A stretch of DNA of 64,000 nt from Balanoglossus misakiensis (lineage: Eukaryota > Animalia > Hemichordata): contig CM082578.2 of assembly GCA_040954595.2 (NCBI GenBank), positions 11,105,166 through 11,169,165 on the forward strand. The letters run 5' to 3'. The notes below the pieces were generated by a model. It was not told where the DNA came from and ran no database searches. It was given only the letters and a program-made list of their open reading frames with translations. Positions within the stretch are counted from its first letter, which is position 1. Every line of letters starts with the position of its first letter. Made by a program: the position numbers and the translations under genes. Of this stretch, positions 36,001 to 52,200 are shown piece after piece.

Positions 36001-39000
36001 CGACTTCCACAACATTCGGTGTCATATCCGGCATGAGGTCACATGGGAAACTTGCTCTTCATTTGTTTCAAGTTTGTCAGCCCCGGATGTTTGGCTCGTT
36101 TTTCTGCCGTGGATATCGATTGATTCCGTGACGCGACATTTAATATCCCCATTAAAATGATTTGACGCTCAATTGAACGTTTTAAAAGTTATCAGCAAAG
36201 ACTATTAATCGACGACAATTAGGGAAATCCCACTGGAACGCTTACAGAAAGTTCTCAGTGGCATACTTATATACGTTGGCGCGCAGGAAATGATGAAACA
36301 TCATCCTGGAGTGTGTTTCTGACGCAAAACAATTCAGTGTCCCAGATCCGAGTCGAATGAAAATTAGCTGCAAGTGCAAGGCTGTTGAAATGGGTTTCTT
36401 GCGTGTATACTGACAGTAATGGCCGATCACAGATTCGATATCGGCCGGGGAACCGACGACAACTCAATGTGTAAACAAATCAGACTGATCAGTAGATATT
36501 TCAATAAATTCGAGAAATTAAGTGTGAACACGGATGGATGACTCTGTGAATTATACTCCGCTGCACGTATACACTTACTTCCGATTATAATCCCTTGGCT
36601 ATAGAGACATTCATAACTGGGTTATGATGATTGGGGTCAAATTTGATGACAATATGCATTCTACACATCGTATCGAGGAAAGGTGCACAATCCAATAAAA
36701 CGTTAAATCTACAAATAAAATCTAAAAATACCGCATTATTTGATTAAATAAGAAAATATACCTCTTGTCTCATGCTTAATGACATATCAATATGGATACA
36801 TCAAAATGTTTGGATTCGGTTAATCACACATCATTTCTTCCGGTTGAATTGAGGTCAATAACTGAATTACCCCCGAGAAGTGTTTGTGGTCGGCTATTGC
36901 GCGAATGAACCACGTGCCTTGCTCTGGCTTAATAAATCTGTCGTCCAAATCTACGACTACGCAAGCGCAATGGAATCAAGATAATAAAATAACTAGTAGG
37001 CCCACAGCCTATGCTAGGAACGAGAGCATGACTATTTAACGTGAATCCACCTGGCACACCCCGGGAACTCTCAAAGCCAACGTGTCAAAATATTTCAGTG
37101 TATACGATTGCTCTTTGGCACCTGTCAACAACTCGTGCAGATGGCGTCCCGCACTCCCATAAGCTCAAACCTAAAGAGTTTGTCCGTTTTCGTAACCTAC
37201 TTTCGTCGAATGATATCCGGTGGTACAGAAGACCTAAGTCATATTCATCCGAGAAAATACACAGTCACACACGTACATGCGTTGGTCCTTTCATGCGTTT
37301 TTTCCCTTTTGACACAGCTCTGGTTTTATCTTTCCACCTGCAATATCCATTTTGAAAACAACTGATATCGCGTTTTATTAAAGAATTCAGTGCTTTTTTA
37401 AAAGTCCAACCACGTAACAACAGCTGAAAACACATTTAAGTGGTTAGCCATTTAAGGGAGGCATGGCGACCAATTTACAAAAAAAAACTGTCAATAAATT
37501 TACTGTACCTGCCTATTTGTCCAATCTGATCACGAAATCTTCAAATTCGAAAGAGCAATCAGAACATTTTAAAGGGCGCGTTGTATCATTCTAGATATCG
37601 TTCTTCTGTCGCTGTCAGTTTCCTAAAATAACTCTTTTTCTGTCGTTTCTTCAATAATTATCACGGGTTTCAGTGCAGTTAAGTATGGCTCTCGAAAACC
37701 AGTCTTACACGTTTTCTTATATTTTGCTCAGGGTAACCTTAAAATTGAGAAGAAGAAAATTGGGGGTCACCGTACAATATTTTAAATGATTATTAAATTT
37801 TAAAAATAGTTATAAGATTGCTAGTACAGTTGAGGTTGTGTTGGAAATTGATCATTATAAAAACAAGTATTCTTGAACCGGTAAACGTGAAAATTCTCAC
37901 GTGTGCCAATTCCGGTCAAATGCGAGCACAGTGTCCTTGGCACTTGTACGTTTTATCATTCCCAATTTTCCCGTTTGTAATAATTTTATCGACTATATGG
38001 ACTTATTTTATTCGGCCCATGAAAACATATTTATGGGTGCGTCGACTTTGGGCCATAAAAATCCAAACGTTTCGATCGTGTCGAAATGTGACCTTGAAAC
38101 AGTTTTAGTAGACTTATTGTACAGTATGTGAGTCTGTAAATTTTCAGATTACATAGCTTACGTGTAAGCTCCGTGTTGAGCATTTAAAAAAACCTCGGCT
38201 GACTGACTACTCAGTTACTTTTGCTTTCAAAATACCTACGCATGGGTTAACGGGATTAACCTTTTTTAAACTGTGACAATACCAATTATGGCACATCTGG
38301 TTTTGAAGTATTGCCCCATCGCTGAAATTGCAATTATGCATATGCGTCATGGTGGCCTTGATACGGAGGGGTATACACCAGCCAGTAGTGTGACGTACTT
38401 CTCGTTTCGTCATCGGAGATCTCGTCTTCACTTCTCGCCACTCTCGTTCTTTCTCGACTTTCATAATAAAAATCCCTTTTGATTAGTAGCATGATGAAGA
38501 ATTATAGAACTGTGTCAAATCTGTTCACAATAATGATGTCATGGTGGCTTAGACTCTCGAAAAGATGTAACGGTGTTAATGCTTGATTTGTCAGTTGCTG
38601 TCGATGTTTTTGATCATTCATAATTTTCTTCAAGATTGGTTTCGTTTCGGAGTGACTGGTTATAAGCTTTGCAATGTTTTTTTTCGTATTTATCAAGTCG
38701 CGTGCATCGTAATTATTTTTTTCCTCTCTCCGCACCGGATGACGTAATAGGTTTCTATGTTTCCGGGGTCTGTACTAATCACTATATCCAGCGATTTTTT
38801 TAGGTTTCGATGTGGTTATAATACTGTTTACTTCGTACATGACCCGTCCTGCTCTGCAACAAATGAAACAAATTCCCAGAACGGTTACAGCGCCCCCATC
38901 CACTCAGATTGAAAAATATTGGCCAACAACTTGGTGAGACGCTATACAATTACATGTATACTCGCTGTGTTGTTTTGCTGCTCGATAAATTTCACAATTT

Positions 39001-42000
39001 GAGCGGAGTCGATGACGACGGAGCGAATTCGTATATGTGGCATTTCCGCACGGTTCGTGTTTCCGCGACAGTTTCCCGGCTGCTGTGTTGGCATGGCAGG
39101 GGAACGCGGTCAAAACAGGAAGCAAATGCGAAGCTTCGAAGGACATTGTTGCAGAAAGACGTGGCGATCGATCAAATAAAAAAAAACGGATCACAAAGAT
39201 GAATGGTGCATATGGCGCTTCAAAATTGTGAATAAGGGCGAACAGTCTCATTAGTTTATGAATATGCGCTTATGGTGCAACGAGGATGACATATCGTCTG
39301 TTTTATTTTCCCGCGTGAAATGTTTACGAAGAACAGGCCTTGGAACAGGAATTTGTGAGCTCGACATCGATGTGTCGTTCTCGCGCTCGCTTATGGCCCG
39401 CAAGTTTGACGTCGTCAAAACAAACATATTTGCCGTCGGCGCGAGGGTAGATTTCTATGACAAAAACACTACGTTAACTTAATGCTATTGCGAATAATCA
39501 TAATAGCTGTTTACGTGCATTTCATGTCGACACACAATAACACATTTAGAAAGTGGACCCCTGTGTATCTTGTTTATTATTCCCATTATTTATTATTTTA
39601 CCTGGCCGCAGGGTAGGTAGGGCTTAAGGACTTTTACTGTAAACAAACAAGGTTCAAGCAGGATAGATGTGGGTATAGGAATCATGAATAAAATCACATA
39701 AACGACCAATTTTCTTGGTTTCAATGTGACCGACCAAACTGGCAAAATTATGCATCGTTTTGTTTTGTTTTTCAATGTCACCCCTCCTCATTATTAATTT
39801 TACTGCAATGATATTTTTTATTACAATTTCTAACAAAGATATCGTATTATATCCATTCAACGAGGTAGTCGTGGTATATTAGCTTCCGGCTTCGGGTTAG
39901 TTAATGCTGACCTTTCTTGCAATAATGTGGGTATTTTTTTACATTTGCCTTGGTCACAGATACGGCAGAAAAATCACGATTTGAAGAGAAATGAACACAG
40001 GGTAAATCAGGCGACCTTCATGGTTTTTTTTCACTGAGCAGATAAAACGTAGTCAACGACATTAACAATTCAGTATTTTTGAACATTTGACGTCTTGAAG
40101 GGAGCAGTTAGTTTTCCACATCTTCAGTGGACAAACCAAAAGGTGAATGCCTTCATGCAAGAGACGTCCTGGCTATTTTTCTGCCTCCCGATTAGTATTA
40201 TCAGAATGCTTTTTAACGTCAGCATTATATTTCTGTCGTGCTCCAAACCGCATCGAGTGGCATTATACCTGTTTCCATGGTTACCTTTCAGAGAGACAAA
40301 CGGGCCCCGAGCGCAGAGATGAACAATAAAAGCAGATTGCTAACTGCGAGATGTAACGCTAAAATATTTTACCATTTCGGTGTTTCCTTGTGTCGCATTT
40401 CCTGACGTCACATTTTGCGGTTATATGTATGTTGAGTCGTGCGATATTCATATTAGATGCAGTCACTGATTTTGTTTCTCTCTCTCTCTCGGAAATGGCG
40501 ATGTTCTCTCGCTTTTTGGCATATTTAAATACAACAGAAGACAGAAAGTCGACCATCCTACGTACGCGGGAAAAATTTGAAGAATCGAATTCACTGTCAC
40601 TCCATGTTGAGCGACGGTAATCAATTCAACAGTTTGTGTCCCTGGTTTGTGTCGTAGAAATGTGTTGGTATGCAAGCACGAATAAAGTGGCTGTAAATTC
40701 TGGTGGGCATAATAATAATAAATTTGGATGCAGTGACTAATCATGTTCACATATGTTTAATTACAAACCTTAATTAATAGGAAATAGGAAATTAATTGTC
40801 AACACACTACATAATTCGTAGTAAATTCATTCCCATTCCAACCACCGTGATTATTTAAGTCTCCCTAGAGGTGTTCATATCAAGACATATAATTATTTTT
40901 TTGTTGAAAAATGTGTCTTATTTATCAGGGAACCTTGCTTTGAGGCAATCGTATGAGGCAATCGTCCTATGGGAGTTATTATCAGGGGAAAATTGGCGGA
41001 CGGGTAATTATCCAGGGCCTGGTTGTCCTGATAACATATTTTTTTATTCTTTGTGAACTCTGTCATAGCATACTATGAGCTGCACCGCAGACTGGGCGGA
41101 AATTGAAAACCATAATACATCTGTCACGAGTTACGTGTGTAATCTGCGGGCATCGTGTGGCAATTGGCGGGGAATAAAATGATTGAGATAAAAAGTGTGT
41201 CGCTGACGCCAATCTTGCACCGAGAATGCGCAGTGCGGCGAAATATAGTTTCGCCGGGGAATTGATCTTATCCGGATTTCATCAGCAGAGCATATTAACT
41301 CGTCATTATTGGCATTCACACTCATCTGATCGGCCTGTTATAAATCGCTCTGTGTTGCCACCTCTCGTTTCACGCGCCCGTATAACTCTCACGCGCCGTT
41401 CACCCGAAGGTGAATTACGGTCACCTTGTTCGGAGGGGTGACGTGGCTGTATACAGATTGACCCGCGTACGACGATCGGCAATTCGGGACCAATCTTGCG
41501 CGGTGTGATTTACGAGCAGACAAGGCAATCGAGTCTCTGACCGGGAAATGCAGACCTGATGTGTACGTGCGGTACCGCTCGGGTCGGGTTGTACATAAAT
41601 CGAATGCATCAAATATTTCTTCATATAGTGCAGAAACGACACGTGAAAGTTGAAAATAAAAGTGTTTTAAGGGGGCTGTCCGTAGTTCGAAGGGGTGGGT
41701 CGTAGGAGTTTTTTTTTTGCTGGGTCTTTTGAGTGTTCATCACTTGACTACGCCTATATAGATACAGTGTCATGTTAGACCCCCTTAGTGCTATGAATAC
41801 TGTCATTTAGACGTTTAACGATAGTAATGGGGAATGACATGGCAAATGGAAGATTCCCTGACGGAGTTTTAAGTGAGGGCGCTATGCATGGCAGACTGGC
41901 GACTGTTTGCTTAAGACCTCTGCGCCAGTCACATAACCGCAAACGCCTAAGATATTGACGCAGATAGTGACAAACTGCCATTTTTTTCGCACAGTAACAT

Positions 42001-45000
42001 GAAAGCAAAATATGCAATGTTTTTTTTTTTCAGTTGCAAATTTAGTTGGAAGGATATGTTTAGTTAACGACCGACCATGCAAACAAAGTTGTCGTGCGCG
42101 AGTATTACAGTATAATTGCTGTAGGATACCATACCTCATCAAACGCCACGAATTCCGAAATGACTTCTGCAGTGGTGCAGATAAGAGCTGGTAGCCGTCG
42201 AAACAGCTGGGTGCAACTGCTTTGCTTTTCCGAAATGACTGTCTGACGTTTAATCATGGTGTAGAGGCGCATCATGCCCACAGTTTTGTATTTATCACGA
42301 TGAATGTGTTCCCCCGTCATGATATTAGCGAAGGTTCCCTTAGATGTGCTTACGATGGTTTTATACATGGTAGGAAGTTACCATGTGAGACACGGGATAC
42401 CACACTTGCTGTGTCATGTATTAGAAACTGCTGGTTTATCCCCAGTGGTGTTCCAGCACACCCTGTAAAAAGCCGACAGCTGCAAGTCAGATATCATTCT
42501 GCAACCCAGTTGCATCAATCGGCACGTTCCCATGCCGTGGCTGTTGTTTTGTCAGTTTTTATATCTCTGAATATTGAGAGATGATGTCTAATGGACGTGA
42601 TAGTTTTTACAGTAGAGACCTAATCGTTATTTGTGGAGTAGAGCTTCTTATATTCATATGTGCAAGGGACACAAAGCAAACACTCTAAAAAGAAAAATCC
42701 AGTTCAAACAGAAAAAAAAAATGATACGGTCACAAGTCGAAAAGTGGTGGCACGTATTATCTCTCGTCGTGCGAGGGAATACGTCGTGTGTATACGTATC
42801 TGTGACCAAAACAACAGAACTGGAGACCTTCGGATCATATGATAGATCGCAATCCGATGTTAGATGTGACACAACCTCGGCAGATGTCAATTAGTGAGAC
42901 CTCGTGTGACCCGCGCGTGTGTTGATGCGTCAAATATCGGTATATCTATTTTCAGTTTGATACTAGATAGACCTGGTCGTTGGTGTTTGCTTGTGTATAT
43001 ATTTTTTTCTTTTTAAAACAAAAATTAAGGTTCCACGATAGGAAATAGCTCCATTCACATGGAGTATCTTCTAACGAATATTGACGTAACGACACTTTTG
43101 AATATATACGTGTTTGGTATTAAGCTCAGTTGTCGTGGGGAAACGCAACTGCATGAGTACACATGCTGTTGCCACTGTGTATATATGCATGAGTCATCTG
43201 ATCAACAATTTGCCAACACTTGTGGGGAAAAAACAATTTGTTTGTCTTTCCATGTGGATGCATGGGTTGGGGAAACAAAACAGTGAATGACCTCAGCACG
43301 ATCGATCATGACAGTCCCCCGGGTGACGTTTGTAAATTTGTACATCTCATGAGTTTTGTTGTTAACCAAAACAGGCATTAATACACTGCAGCTGACGCTA
43401 ATAATTCAGTCTAGCAACACCGTATAGGCATACAGAGTGTTCGACAATATGAACTGTTTGCTTTATGCTGTGCCGTTTCGAAATGACGTGCATACGTGTA
43501 CATGTTTATGCCTGATTTTGGCAGTTTTCGGCCACCTTGTTTCAAACTGTTTCGCTCCCCTTTTGTTTTACGTCATTTTGGACAGAAGCTGCAATAGGTG
43601 GATTCGGCGTTTGCAAGAAAAAAATGTGGAGTGAACGAACACGAGGATGTTCAAAGAATTATAGCTTATTCTGTTTTTCCCTCATTGTCCGTGTGAGTTC
43701 TTAGTTGATCGGTCATACGAAAAAGATGCGTATTATGCAATGCGCTGTGTGTAAATCACTAATTCAATTCAAGAGCAGATGTCATTTCCGTGTCACAGAT
43801 CTGGAGGTCGTAAATTTAAAGGTTTGTCGCCTTTTTTGTGTGAATAACTGTGAGTCACGTGACAAAATATCCAGCATATTTTTGTCGTGGATATATCGCG
43901 GCAGCATAATGTATACATGGATATGATAATGTGGACGAGAATCGATTTTAATTGCCGTCAACGCTCCGATTCATGGTGTGTAAACGGCGCCGTAAATTCA
44001 CTGTTAGTACTAACATTAATTCTGCGCAGCCGACAATCGTAGAGCTCAGTCAATTGAATTCAATAGAAGGCAAAAAAAAAGAAATCTCAACATCTCAACA
44101 GTAATGAGGCATTCTGAAGCCGCTGTTGTGAAAGGCCTTTTTATAGAAGCGCTGTGGACGCCACCGAATCCCAACTGCGTCGTTATTGAAAAAAAGCGCA
44201 TTTTCGCTCTTGTCTAGTGGCCGCGTCTTGTTTTCCGCAGTTACTCCGTCAAAGATAGGGTCCCCTTAACACGTCCTGATTTTATTAAAATTTCGCTGCT
44301 AGTGGCTTACAATTCTGTTTCTCGCTCTTTGAGCGGAGAATAGAAAAGCCTTGTTGAAATCGTCAGTAAAGGGAATGTAACGAACAAATATCAAAACACG
44401 TCTCACGTGTTCCCCTTAAGGAATTGTGTCTATATTCTGATATCGAAATGATTTGGCTTATTTAATCCAGTTATTCAGGCACGCCACATTTAAATGATTT
44501 CACGGGGACCGACGTCATTTCTTTTCAATCCCGTATCTTTAATCTGTATCTCTTGCAGAGAAATCTATTCCCGGCCTCTCAACCATAAACCTAGTACCTA
44601 TATAATGGTTAAACCAATTTCCAAATGAAACCTCGTCAATTTCCATATCGAATGAACAATCCAAGGTCACGAGGACACGAAAAAAAATACGAAGGCATTG
44701 CTTCGCCAGCTGTGCAAGCATTTTTTTTTGTAAGCGGCTCAGTGACCGAGCATTGACAAGCGTTAATGAGGGCGTGCTGTTGGCGTATATGTTTCTATTC
44801 ATTTTGGTGGAAGAAGCCTTCACTATCTATTACATTACTCCTGTCCAATAAGAGGCCGCCTGGAGTCACATTTGCATACTGAGACGTCGCCGCGTACTCA
44901 GATCATTGTGTTGGTATACACCGACTCGCGCGCCACGTTGAGAGAGGGAGAAGAGGATTATATTTATATTGCGTAGGAAGCTCTTTCATGTATCTCGTTC

Positions 45001-46206
45001 GCGACGGCGTTTGATAATGCGACCTGCCTCCGATGCTGCACTCGCCTGGATTTTATAAATCGCTCGTAATTTTGAGCTGCTCTGAAGTTGTGACTGTGAG
45101 ATCGTCCTCTCAGTGACTCCCGCGTCTTTCTGCATATCGAACCTCTCTGAGCAGTATGGCGAGTCCTAAGCTATCCTGCCCACGCTCACCGCTAAGTTCA
45201 CCGAGGGTAAGTCCGATTTACTGTTTATTGTACGCAGACGAGCGTGATATGTGCCCCCGGTTAATACCCTGGTATGTGTCAATTCTGCGGTTGGCAGATT
45301 ATGATGTTTTTTCTATCCATATGCATCCTCCAATTTTCTGATACGCGAATGCGTGATGGCGTTTATGGTGACCAAGACAAAAGCCAGTGGATTTATAAAA
45401 AACTATTTAGCGCTCTGGTTTGGTCCATTTTTATGACATACTTAAACATTTTATTTTTGCGTTTAAATTCCTACTATGCATTCCTAAGACGGATTCAACG
45501 ACGCGTGTTTGCATCTGCGTGACATGGCAATGGTGTACCTTTTCGTACCCTTGTCTGATGTAACGGTTCTGTGCTTTGCTCTCCGATAACACGGGTTCGC
45601 GTTTGATTCTAGAATTACTGGTAACGCTCTGCGAAACTTTTGGGTCGATTGTGTATGCAGTGCACAATTCTGTGATACGTTTTTAAAATTATAAATAAAC
45701 CCCGAACACAGAAAGACCGAATACTGTCATATTTAGAGCAAAAACTGGCGGGTACATGTATATGGAAACGTATGCGTGTTTCACACTTGGGGTTCGCTGC
45801 GCATGATCCAGGGATGTGCTATTTTTTCTAACGCTGCCCACCTTCCCATTATGCGCACAGCTGGCGAAAGCGGGAAAAAATATTCGCTCGGATAATCAAG
45901 CAAACTATGATCAGGGCGCATGGTGCAAAGGGGTTAAATCATCCGACATCATAAAGTAGAATGAATGTAGTTAAATATCAAACGGCATAGTTGTCAAATT
46001 ACTTGGCAATAGTGCGCGGATGTGTATTCAATCTGGACAAATATTCACAAATGAAGTTGACGAAAGGAGAAAGGAATAAAACGCGTATTGAGGTGACTAC
46101 ACATACGCAAAAGCGGCCAAGGCGCATATCGGCTCTACCCAGCTATATACATGCTCAATTCTGTGTATATCATTGTAAGACCTGCTTGGATGGCATTGGT
46201 CGATTG

Positions 46207-46241
46207 GTCAGTCAGTCAGTCAGTCAGTCAGTCAGTCAGTC
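46207..46241. repeat. (GTCA)n microsatellite, ~8.5 units
   Basis: Directly visible. Confidence 0.93.
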
Positions 46242-49200
46242 GATAGTGTTGTCTGCCAAAGGAATGCATTCAGGCAGCTAAAAATGTCAGCCGAAACATG
46301 GGAACGGGATTATAACAATTCTTGTCGCGTTTGCAAAGTTCACTGTAGAACCAGTTCGTCGACGGAACAGCCCGGAGACAACTCTGCCCCGTGTGTCCGC
46401 CACGATCGGTCTGATTGTCAATCCTTTGCCATATTCAAACGCAGCACCGTCGGGGTGCGCCGCAACAAGCCAAACACAGTGGGCAGACCGCAGAATCAGA
46501 GACCGCGCAATTACTTCGACATTTCAAGCTGGGGTTAAATGAAGCAAAAGAGCATGGGGGAGGGCAATTACAATTACCGGGTAATAGGGTATAGGCAAGG
46601 CTAGAGAAGGCAGGAGATCGGCATAATGGGTCTAATGTCTCAAGTGACACGGAAAAAGAGGGGCCTTCACATTCAGCAGGCGTGTACGATGATTATTAAT
46701 AAATGACTGAGATACCTTGATTGACCAAAGCCATGTTTTGGGCGCCTCTTCCCCGTTGTGCGGAATTCGGGCCTAACCAAACTTAGCAATAAGCAACGCG
46801 AAAGAGGGAAAGGGCTCTCGACATTTCTACGCAGATAACAAGGTACGCTGGCTCAAAATGTAAGAAGAAAGGTCGCGAGGCAACGCAAAGGAGAGAGAAA
46901 GAGCAGCGGGAAAAACAGAACCCGAAAGAGACTGGGTTAATTTCTACCAGGGAAAAGCAAAGTAATGTCAACTGAAGAGTACATGTCAGTAAGGGACGGG
47001 GCGATGTTGTCGAGCAGAGCGGAAAATGAGGTTAACTGAGGCCGTCCGTGACGCGATTTCTGTGGCTAACATAACCACGAAAAAACAGCAGGCAAAATCT
47101 AATTCCAAGATGCGGCAATTATGGTTGAGTATACCTGACAGCGCAGTGTGTATACTAGTACAGTACCTGAACAACGATGGCAGCTGGCAGGGTACTGCAA
47201 ATAATGGAGATATTTTATTTTCAAAAAAAGTCACCAGAGTACATCGATAAATGGTAGTGTTCGGATATAAATAATTCCAAGAAATGTATTGGGAGTCACA
47301 CAAGCCTTTTAGGCTGAATAACACTAAAATATGCGGCAGTCATCCAAGCGCGCTGTAGGTGTTGTATGTATTAAGTTAAATAACACTTCCAGTAAACGTA
47401 GGATGTTGGGCAAATAATCCCTAAAAGCCTGGCGGATATAATACGTTGCCGGGTTACAACGGAGTACAAAAATATCGAGGCGAAATGAGATCCAAATACT
47501 TATCAGAAAAGGTGGCTGTGTGGCCATGAAGCGGTGGTTGATGATGTCGGCTATTCTGGTAAGACGCGGCTGAGCGTAGTATCAACAGAGAGAAAGAGGA
47601 GGAGGGGGAAGGGGAAGGGAGGGCCAGGGAGGAAGGGTGTTAGGGTTTCCACGCATCGTTCATTCCGGGGGTGCCAACCATATAAGAACATACTTGGTAC
47701 ACCGTGAAGTGCAATTTGACGTCACGTCCATAAGGTATAATAAAACGCAACAACCAAAACTAAACCGGTTAAACCGACCCCGGGTGATCCAGCTCAGAGA
47801 GGATTATATCAACTTGGGGGGTTGTGAAGCCAGGTGACTACAAGAAGGACTCTCACAGTCACGACGACCGAAAGGTAACCCGCAGTAGAGTGGCTTCATT
47901 GTCTGCATCACCAGGCAACCGCGGTGCCCATCTACCCCCGGCGAAGCATGGACCGCGGGAAAACATGTCAGACTCGACGCCAATGTTCCAATCTCCGTCA
48001 AAACATTCTGGGTTCTGTCTGTTAGAAGACGAACTCCCCACGGCGACCGATTCCATAAACCGTTGGCGTTGCAGAAGATAACTCGATTCAGCGAATCGTT
48101 GATAATGCACAAAAATTAATAACGTGATGAGACAAAAACAGTTCACGATTTGCCCTTAGGTCTTTGTGATATATGCCGCGTGTGCTCCAATATTACCGCT
48201 CATTGGCATTTCTGCAGGCTTGACTGAAAAAAACAACGAGGAAACGTATTTCTCAAACAATGTTCAAACAATGTCAAGGGAAACTTCACACACAGTTTCT
48301 ACATAAATGAAAGAACACAATTGGAAATATTATGTGATTGGAAAATATCCAGAAGCACGCATTCAATCAACCGAATGCTACACCAGTGATACTAGCAAAT
48401 GTTTTGGATTTAAGTTTTAAAATATTAGAAATGCGGTTTATACAAAATAATTAAGTGGAACGGTGAAATGTAAACTCACTTCGTTGCATTCGAATCGTCG
48501 CGTCGACACCTGATCTAGTGGCTTGCCGTCGTGGGCCAAGAGTTAGTGATGCGGTTCGACCTGTACAGGCAACAGCTGCCGTCGAAACGCGTCATAAAAA
48601 GGTGTACGTGATATTGCTCAACTTACAAACGACGCTGCGAGAGACCTACACACGATATTTTTGCGTACCATTTTTGCGTAGCACTGTGGGCCACCCCGAG
48701 AGTGTGAAAAATCGCCGGTGTTTTGTGAGTTAAACCTCGGAATGATGACCAGAGAATTAATCAGGACAATTCTGTACGTGTTACATAACGACCCATCATT
48801 CCTACTTCATATTTGTAATGAAACAGAATAGGCTCGGCGGACTCGTACCGTCTGCAAACGCACGTGTATCGACTCGTAACATTTTTTCTCCACGATCTGA
48901 GACCCATCTGGGTGATGGAATTCATGCAACTGGTTTATGCGATCACAAACTAACACGTGCACATCGTAAATACATGTCGCTCTGGTGAAATCAAAGAAAC
49001 ACGAGGTTAAAGGGGGATCTGTACTTCTAAAATGGCGATATTTAGCCTAAAGCCACATTTTCAGACAAGCTGGTTTGTCTTTTGCCGAAACTTACGAACA
49101 TAACTTTGGCTCAGCATCATCACGTTCGGCATGGATTTCGTTTGGCGAAAAGTTAATTACGGCGGGAATACACGCCAACTAAAATTTGGGTCAACAATAA

Positions 49201-52200
49201 GACAAGAGCATGAATTTTCCCTTATACAGTGTATTTCTCAACACTTGTCAACTGCTGTGATTTTCAGTAATCGTTCAACTGTCATCGCTGACATGGTCTC
49301 CAATAAAGCACATAGCCTAAGCCCTTACAGCTTGTATGGCTGCACGACTGAAGGGCGAATCAATGGGGTTTTAAATATAGTTACTCAGGGACCTACAGAT
49401 GACGATGAACAAACAAGATGAGTTGACTGTGCCCCCAATTTACACTACACTACACTACACTACGCTGACTACATTCTATGTTAAGAAAATGAACACCATG
49501 TCCCACTCGGTTGGTGTTTTTATAGAGACCACCCAAACAAAATAAATGAAGCAGCCAAGTAGTTCTGCGATTTGATATTGTGACGCTATTGATATCAAGG
49601 GTTTATATCTGTATCAAATTGTATTTTTGGCCGCAACGTTTTTATTTTGTTAACGACCGGACACGTATAGTCAGCTTAACGGGGACGGGTCAGAAGGGCA
49701 CGAGTCAATGCGACATAACCAACTCTGAGATGCTTTATATTTGTTACGTGTATGCTTATCAAATAACTGCAGTCGATTCAATTACTGCGTTTCTGTATAT
49801 AGTGCAAGTGTTGTCTGGACAGGATTCGAGGGGGAGGGGGTACTATTTGCCATGAAGGTATTTGGGGAGGCTCAGTAAATTTTGTGCAAATGTTATTCAC
49901 TTATTCACTGAATTTTCCAAAAGTTAAAACATTTGAAGGAAACATCATTTCCTGACCTCGCCGGCGACTGTTATCGTCACAGTGCCAACATCAATTTTAA
50001 TCAAGGGTACTATGTTGAATGATAAATCAGCCTTGAAATATTTCTGACTTAATGCCGTCGTAGAAGTTTATTACATGGAAATAAAAAAGGCTAATTGCCT
50101 TTAAAGTGCCACAAATTGACACCATTTAAATTGACAACATTTTCAAAGGCATAAACATCGCCAGAGGGTTCTCCCCGAAGCTTTATGTGTTTACTTCATA
50201 GCACAAGTAGCTTGTTTGTTAAAGTTGTGCAACATTTACCAGTATATGGAATACTTATAGTTGTGTCATGTACGTAGCAAAAACACACGAATACTGAATG
50301 AACAGACTAGCATGTACGTGCTTAAATACAGAGGTGACCGATGCTAAAGATCTGTTCAGTGCCAGATTTCAGTCGGCGTCGAGGGTTGCAAATTATCACA
50401 GACAAATCATGACTCGAAGTTGCTTGAATGCCTGTCATGGATGTATTTGGAGACTGTGTATTCGTGCGGTTTGGCTCCGATTCAGAGTTGCAACTTCGAG
50501 GAGAGCGGCTCCTTGCATTCGGGTAAATTGCTACCCACGAGCTAGCAGAGAAGACAATTGTTTCAATGCCCACAGCGGAGAGTGCCAACTCATATGAAAT
50601 CGAAGTACGTGCTCCCTTCAATAAAATCCACTGCTTTCTTCGTGATTTTTTCATTCCCGATTTTTTCTGTTTTGTTCCTTCTTTTTTAACTCCAGTGCAT
50701 GCTGCAGCAGGCCAAAAGACAAAAATGCAACTCTGTAATCTCAAAGGGCTACTCCACAATATGTTCATTCAATAAATATACATGTATATACATATAATGT
50801 ATATCTCAGACGTAATATCAAAATCGCCGCATATGTGGAAAAAAAGAACTGTGTGTTTCCCCCCGAGGCTTCGTTGGTACCTCTTGAAAGAATTAAACGT
50901 GTTCCGTCAAAGCAGCGGGGAGATTATAATGTCTCGTAGAACGAGAACATTCAGTACACAGCGCGGTTTGAGCGCTAAATATTTGTTCCCAGTCGCCAAC
51001 CCTGGAGGCTGTAGTTTCCCGCTCGACATGCAGGCGTTTTCAGTTTTTGTATTCACAGGCATCCCGACATTGCTTTCTCGGTTCGCTGACGGTCACTCGG
51101 TTTCAGCGGGAAGGCAGCGAAATTGGACAAATCTCAACGAGGTCAACCCAAGGCACTTGGATATTAATAATACATGACCAAAACTGAGGGAGAAATGGTT
51201 ACTATAGGAAGGTATACTAGTCTTGTTGTCGCAAAGTCAGAACAGGCGTGGTACCGACCCCCTCGAGGCATCTGTGCAGCAAATATCAAATAGTGCAGTC
51301 CTGAATTATTTTCTGTTTTTTTTTTAATAAATCAAATGTCGAAGAGGAAAGTTGAAGCACGTGGACAATTTAAACCCCCCAGGATTTCCTGCGCTGAATG
51401 TCAAGATACAAACTCTAAACAAAAAAGGCGTGTATTGCAAATCCGTATACTGTCAGCAAGAATAGATTGTACATGTACGATCAAATTCAAAGGTGTATTT
51501 TTCCCGTTATACCGAAGACTATTTTTCCCCCTTCCAGGTATCACTTTTTTTTTCTTTCATTGATTGGCGAAATGTTGTTTATATTATCAAAACACGGCGG
51601 TAAGGAACAGCTGGCGGCTCCCTGCTCTTTTAAACCGGACGCTCATTATATTGTTTTCGGGGACATCTTCCTTTTTCGAAGACGAAATCTGCTTGTTGTT
51701 GTTGTGTGTAATATAAATAGGTATATACGTTGTAGTTGCCTTTCGCCCGGATATGTGCCTGTAGCATATACGCTCCAACTGTGTTTGCCATTCACAGGCC
51801 CCAAATAATCTGATTAATTTGATTTGCAGCCTAATGGCCATTTTCGGAGAATACGTTGAATCGTATTATCTTGCGACCTTTGAACGCCACGAGAGCACGG
51901 CAGACCTGCTGGAGGGACCCCTCCTTGACTGCACCCACCGCATCAATAATCAACTACAAAGTCATAATCACATTTAAAGCCATGGACACGACCTTGAGCA
52001 GTTAAAAACCCCTCGCTCACCAGCAAAGACGACTGACATGCGCGAACAGACGACAGAACAGGTTTGCCAAAAGGGGAGTCTTTCTCGTTCTTCGACGTAT
52101 GCTGTATATGTAGGTGCATTAAGATACACCGTCCGTCGGGGCTGATTGAAGTTACCCGGCAGAAATCACATCCGTGCTACGTCTCCCATTGGTCGGATTT

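Noticed and set aside
41668-41787. TAAGGGGG...CCCCCTTA Harbinger-like remnant
   Set aside because: Inverted match only ~8 bp and the flanks do not form an identical TSD
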